Shown: positions 60,908-64,000 of the stretch, in pieces
Layout of the letters: each line of letters opens with the position of its first letter
Position numbering within the stretch: the first letter of the stretch is position 1
From: an uncultured cyanobacterium
GTDB taxonomy: Bacteria > Cyanobacteriota > Cyanobacteriia > Cyanobacteriales > CAWCAG01
NCBI GenBank assembly: GCA_963803805.1
Contig: CAWDOD010000004.1
Location: 448,001-512,000, forward strand
Reading direction: 5' to 3'
Length of the DNA: 64,000 nucleotides
Notes under the pieces: generated by a model
Told to the model about the DNA's origin: nothing
Databases searched by the model: none
Seen by the model: only the letters and a program-made list of their open reading frames with translations
Program-made: the position numbers and the translations under genes

Positions 60908-61346
60908 TAGCCCAAAGCAAATTTTAACAATCCTACGGCAGATTTACCGCAGAAATTTTTTCTGACAGAGATGATTTCTTTGCTTTGTACAAAGCATAGA
61001 TAGTTTAACCCACGGTAGTCTTTGGTAGATAACTATTTTCTTCTCTATGATGGTTTTTCTGTGCAAACTAGGTATATAGCAACAAGATAAATTTGTATAT
61101 AGCGACACTTATCCTGACTGAGGTTTAAGTTCCTTGTCAAGAGTAGTAGCACTTGTTTAAATTAGGAAGCATTTTAGCTAGTCTGGAATAAGTCTATCAT
61201 TGGTTTAACAGCTTAATATAGATTACTCCGGTCTAATTGCAATAAAACGGTTCAATCGTTTTATCTATTGCAAGAAGGTAAAATTGCCTATCGCCTTACT
61301 GCCAAACAGTACATTTGTAACTTTCAATCGCCAAGGGTTCCTAACT

Positions 61347-63269
61347 GTGACTTCTCACAAAGATATTCAATCTCTGATTGCCGATTTAGATAACCTTCTT
61401 CTTAATTCTGATACCAATCAACAGGAAGTTTTAGAAGAGGTACGCAGCTATTTAGTAACCTTACCCCAAGAAAATGAGGGGAATCTCACTGCTGCAGAAC
61501 AAAGAACTGCTGAGGCGATTACAAAAGCTGTTTTGGCAGAGATGGCAGATTTTCGTGCTGATATGACTGGTTCTGTACAGATGGAGTTGGATGTACTACG
61601 CCAGCAAAGAGAGGCGATGCAAAAAGATATTAAGAGGTTGGAGGTACAACAGCAACAGATGATGGCTGAGTTTTTACAGAAGTTGGCGAGTAGCTGTGTA
61701 GAAACTTTGACGCGAGAAATAACTAATACTTTAGAGAAGTTAGAAATTCAATTTTTGAGTGATAATTCTCCAGATAGTCCTGCGGCTTTTCAACAAAGGT
61801 TACGCTTGGAACAGTTACAGCAGTTTCAGAGGCGTTCAGATCGGTTGTTGGTGAATTTGGATACTACCCTGCAAACAGTTTTTCAGACCCTAGAAAGGGA
61901 TTTATATTCCTACCAAGAATCTTTATCCCAAAGTGTAGAAAATATTCATAGTCTGGGGCAGCAAGGGGAGACTATGTTCGCCTTTTTGATTAATCGTCTG
62001 CTTCAGCAGTTAGGGGAACCAGATGCTGTTGATAAGATGCCCAAAGAATCTACCGATGTGGATGCTTTACCACCCACACAAGAAGATGTAGAAGAACCGA
62101 GCTATGTAGAAAACACTACCCCTAGTTTGCCTGACAGTACAAAATTATTCCCTTTTGCTGGAACTGAAATCTCATCACTAGAGGAGGTTTGGACAGAAGA
62201 AGAAACCCAAAAGCGGCCAAATCAATCTTCAGAAATAGATAATTTACTCTACCTAGATTTGAGTAGAGAAAAAGTAGCTTTGCCTAATGTCTATGGTGAT
62301 GCTGAAAATGCCTCAGAACCCTTGGAGGAAGTGGATAAAGGGGATGAAGAGGAAAATAGTTATATTGAGGCGATGGAGGATGTTTTATTTGATTCTTCAG
62401 AAGATTTGGAGGCTAATCAGTTTGCTGAGATTGATTCTACTGTTGAGTCCAATTCTCCTAAGGAGGTTTTGTTTGGAGCCAAAGTTACTGAAGAAGAGGA
62501 TGGAATAAAACAAGTTGAAACTATTACTGCTTTAACAGATGTGTTAGAACGCGCTTCTATTGATATAGAGGAAGGTAAGGGTGTAGGAGAAGGAGATGTT
62601 GCAGGGCAATTAAATTCGGGTGTTGAGGGTTTTATTCCTGCTTCTTCTGGCGAAAATCTGTTACCGACAGAGGATAAGGCTGAAGAACCTGATTTACCTA
62701 GTATTATAGACACCAGCACCCTCGAAAAGTTAAACGAAGATTTAGAACTTTTTGAAGAAGGGAGGAAACAGGAGGATGAAGGGCCTGATACCGAAATACA
62801 ATTAGCTGATGGCAAAACTATTACAGCAGAGGAAGAATCTGAACCGGATACGGAAATACAGTTGGTTGAGGTTCAAGAAGCAACTTCAAATTTGGCTTTA
62901 ATAGAAACTGAGGAACCGGATACGGAAATTCAATTGGTAGCTCCTCCAACTGATGCAGAGTTATTAGAGCCTGAAACCGAAGAACTAGAAAATCTTGAGG
63001 AATATTCAACTTCTGTAGATGAAGTTGTTAGCAGTGGTTCCAAGTCAGATGAAGAGGTTTTGACACCGCCAGAAGAATTATTGGGAGAGAATTTAGAAAA
63101 CTTGTTAATTGAGAGTTTCGCCAATGAACAAGAATTATCATCCCAATTGCAGATGGACAAAATTACTGGATTTTCCCAAGAATTTTTCTGGGACGAATCA
63201 GAGGAAGAAGAAGAAAATAAGAGCGCAAGTCTTGCTCCCGAAGATAGTGAAGGTCAAGAAAATATATAG
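61347..63269 (+). CDS. Coiled-coil plus highly acidic disordered hypothetical protein (GTG start at 61347 preferred)
   Basis: TSHKDIQSLIADLD N-terminus, Gln-rich coiled coil, Glu/Asp-rich tail with three PDTEIQL units. Confidence 0.75.
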   Translation: MTSHKDIQSLIADLDNLLLNSDTNQQEVLEEVRSYLVTLPQENEGNLTAAEQRTAEAITKAVLAEMADFRADMTGSVQMELDVLRQQREAMQKDIKRLEVQQQQMMAEFLQKLASSCVETLTREITNTLEKLEIQFLSDNSPDSPAAFQQRLRLEQLQQFQRRSDRLLVNLDTTLQTVFQTLERDLYSYQESLSQSVENIHSLGQQGETMFAFLINRLLQQLGEPDAVDKMPKESTDVDALPPTQEDVEEPSYVENTTPSLPDSTKLFPFAGTEISSLEEVWTEEETQKRPNQSSEIDNLLYLDLSREKVALPNVYGDAENASEPLEEVDKGDEEENSYIEAMEDVLFDSSEDLEANQFAEIDSTVESNSPKEVLFGAKVTEEEDGIKQVETITALTDVLERASIDIEEGKGVGEGDVAGQLNSGVEGFIPASSGENLLPTEDKAEEPDLPSIIDTSTLEKLNEDLELFEEGRKQEDEGPDTEIQLADGKTITAEEESEPDTEIQLVEVQEATSNLALIETEEPDTEIQLVAPPTDAELLEPETEELENLEEYSTSVDEVVSSGSKSDEEVLTPPEELLGENLENLLIESFANEQELSSQLQMDKITGFSQEFFWDESEEEEENKSASLAPEDSEGQENI

Positions 63270-63350
63270 TAGTTTTTAGTAGCATGAGGTACATTAGCTA
63301 ATGGCTAGTGGCTAGTGGCTAGTGGCTAATTGCTAATAGTAGCAGTGGGT
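63265..63350. repeat. Partial family A repeat with heptamer run
   Basis: TATAGTAG...AGCATGAGGTACA followed by (GCTARTG)n. Confidence 0.65.
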
Positions 63351-63404
63351 ACAAGTGAACATTACCTATTCCTATTACCTCTTACTTTCCTCCTCCCTGC
63401 TCCA

Positions 63405-64000
63405 ATGAAACAACCGACACCCAACAAAAAGCTTTGGTATCTGGGCATAGATTTTGGTACTACTGGCATTACTGCAATGTTGTTAAACTCTATATCTGGT
63501 AAGCAGTACCCAATTTATTGGTCTTTTTTGAATAAGCAAGGATCTTGGGAATCTAGTTTTCGCTTACCCGTAGTGGCTTATTATGGGCCGGAGGTGAAGG
63601 AGAAAGACAAGCATAAGGAAGAAGATGGTGCTTTTTCCCCTTTTGTTGTAGGTACTGCAGCTTATAACTTTCAGCACCAAGCAGGTGTTTTTTTAGAGAA
63701 TTTCAAAGCTTTTTTAAATCTAGCAGTTCCTTATTATCAACCTGAAGGTAGTCAATGGGAACCGAAGTTGCGAGGATTTGGTTCGAGGTTAGTTTCTTTG
63801 CATTTGGTGCAAATAGCCCTACAGACTTTATTACAAACCTTAGTTGCTAGTTCCGAAAAAGAGGAAGAACTAGCACAATCTTCTTTTGTTTTAGGGGCAG
63901 TGGGTTGCACAGAAGATACTCTCAAAGAGGCTTTAAGAGACTTAGAAGGTGTGATTGTTAGTTGTCCGGGGGGATGGGGAGATACCTACAGTTTTAACCT
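63405..64000 (+). CDS. Partial Hsp70/actin-like ATPase-fold hypothetical protein (runs off the window)
   Basis: ATG at 63405; WYLGIDFGTTG phosphate-1 motif; QYPIYW. Confidence 0.75.
   Translation, partial: MKQPTPNKKLWYLGIDFGTTGITAMLLNSISGKQYPIYWSFLNKQGSWESSFRLPVVAYYGPEVKEKDKHKEEDGAFSPFVVGTAAYNFQHQAGVFLENFKAFLNLAVPYYQPEGSQWEPKLRGFGSRLVSLHLVQIALQTLLQTLVASSEKEEELAQSSFVLGAVGCTEDTLKEALRDLEGVIVSCPGGWGDTYSFN

Noticed and set aside
4341-63160. Many overlapping antisense or alternate-frame ORFs in the track (e.g. 4341-4796, 6911-7288, 47803-48303, 56879-57238, 62417-62815)
   Set aside because: They are shadows of well-supported genes and carry no recognisable motifs.

Overview
A low-GC chromosomal segment from a cyanobacterium, shown by dense HIP1 (GCGATCGC) sites, cyanobacterial gene families and intergenic REP/MITE-like repeats. 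Most of it is housekeeping or signalling: alaS, tyrS, pyrF, aroA, lipB, sir, ackA, obgE, hpf/lrtA, cobT, PBP1A, a phosphoketolase-family enzyme, Crp and several histidine kinases. I found no rRNA, tRNA, CRISPR array or transposase. The best candidate for an undescribed system lies at about 25.9-28.9 kb. A promoter overlapped by two Fur-box-like palindromes precedes an unannotated 45-aa peptide with a leader-like N-terminus and an Asp/Gly-rich tail (YQSGAFDGDDGSD). A strong hairpin follows, then a JmjC/cupin-4 Fe(II)/2-oxoglutarate oxygenase and a sucrase-ferredoxin [2Fe-2S] protein. I interpret this as a possible iron-regulated RiPP or ribosomal metallophore, which is an inference. Other points of interest are a long-form DDG-synthase (MysA-like) cyclase paired with a glycosyltransferase-like gene instead of mysB/C, a stand-alone vanadium haloperoxidase, and an unannotated small-protein pair (DUF4278-like plus a 48-aa ORF). 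Single-base homopolymer frameshifts in obgE and the JmjC gene are probably sequencing errors.
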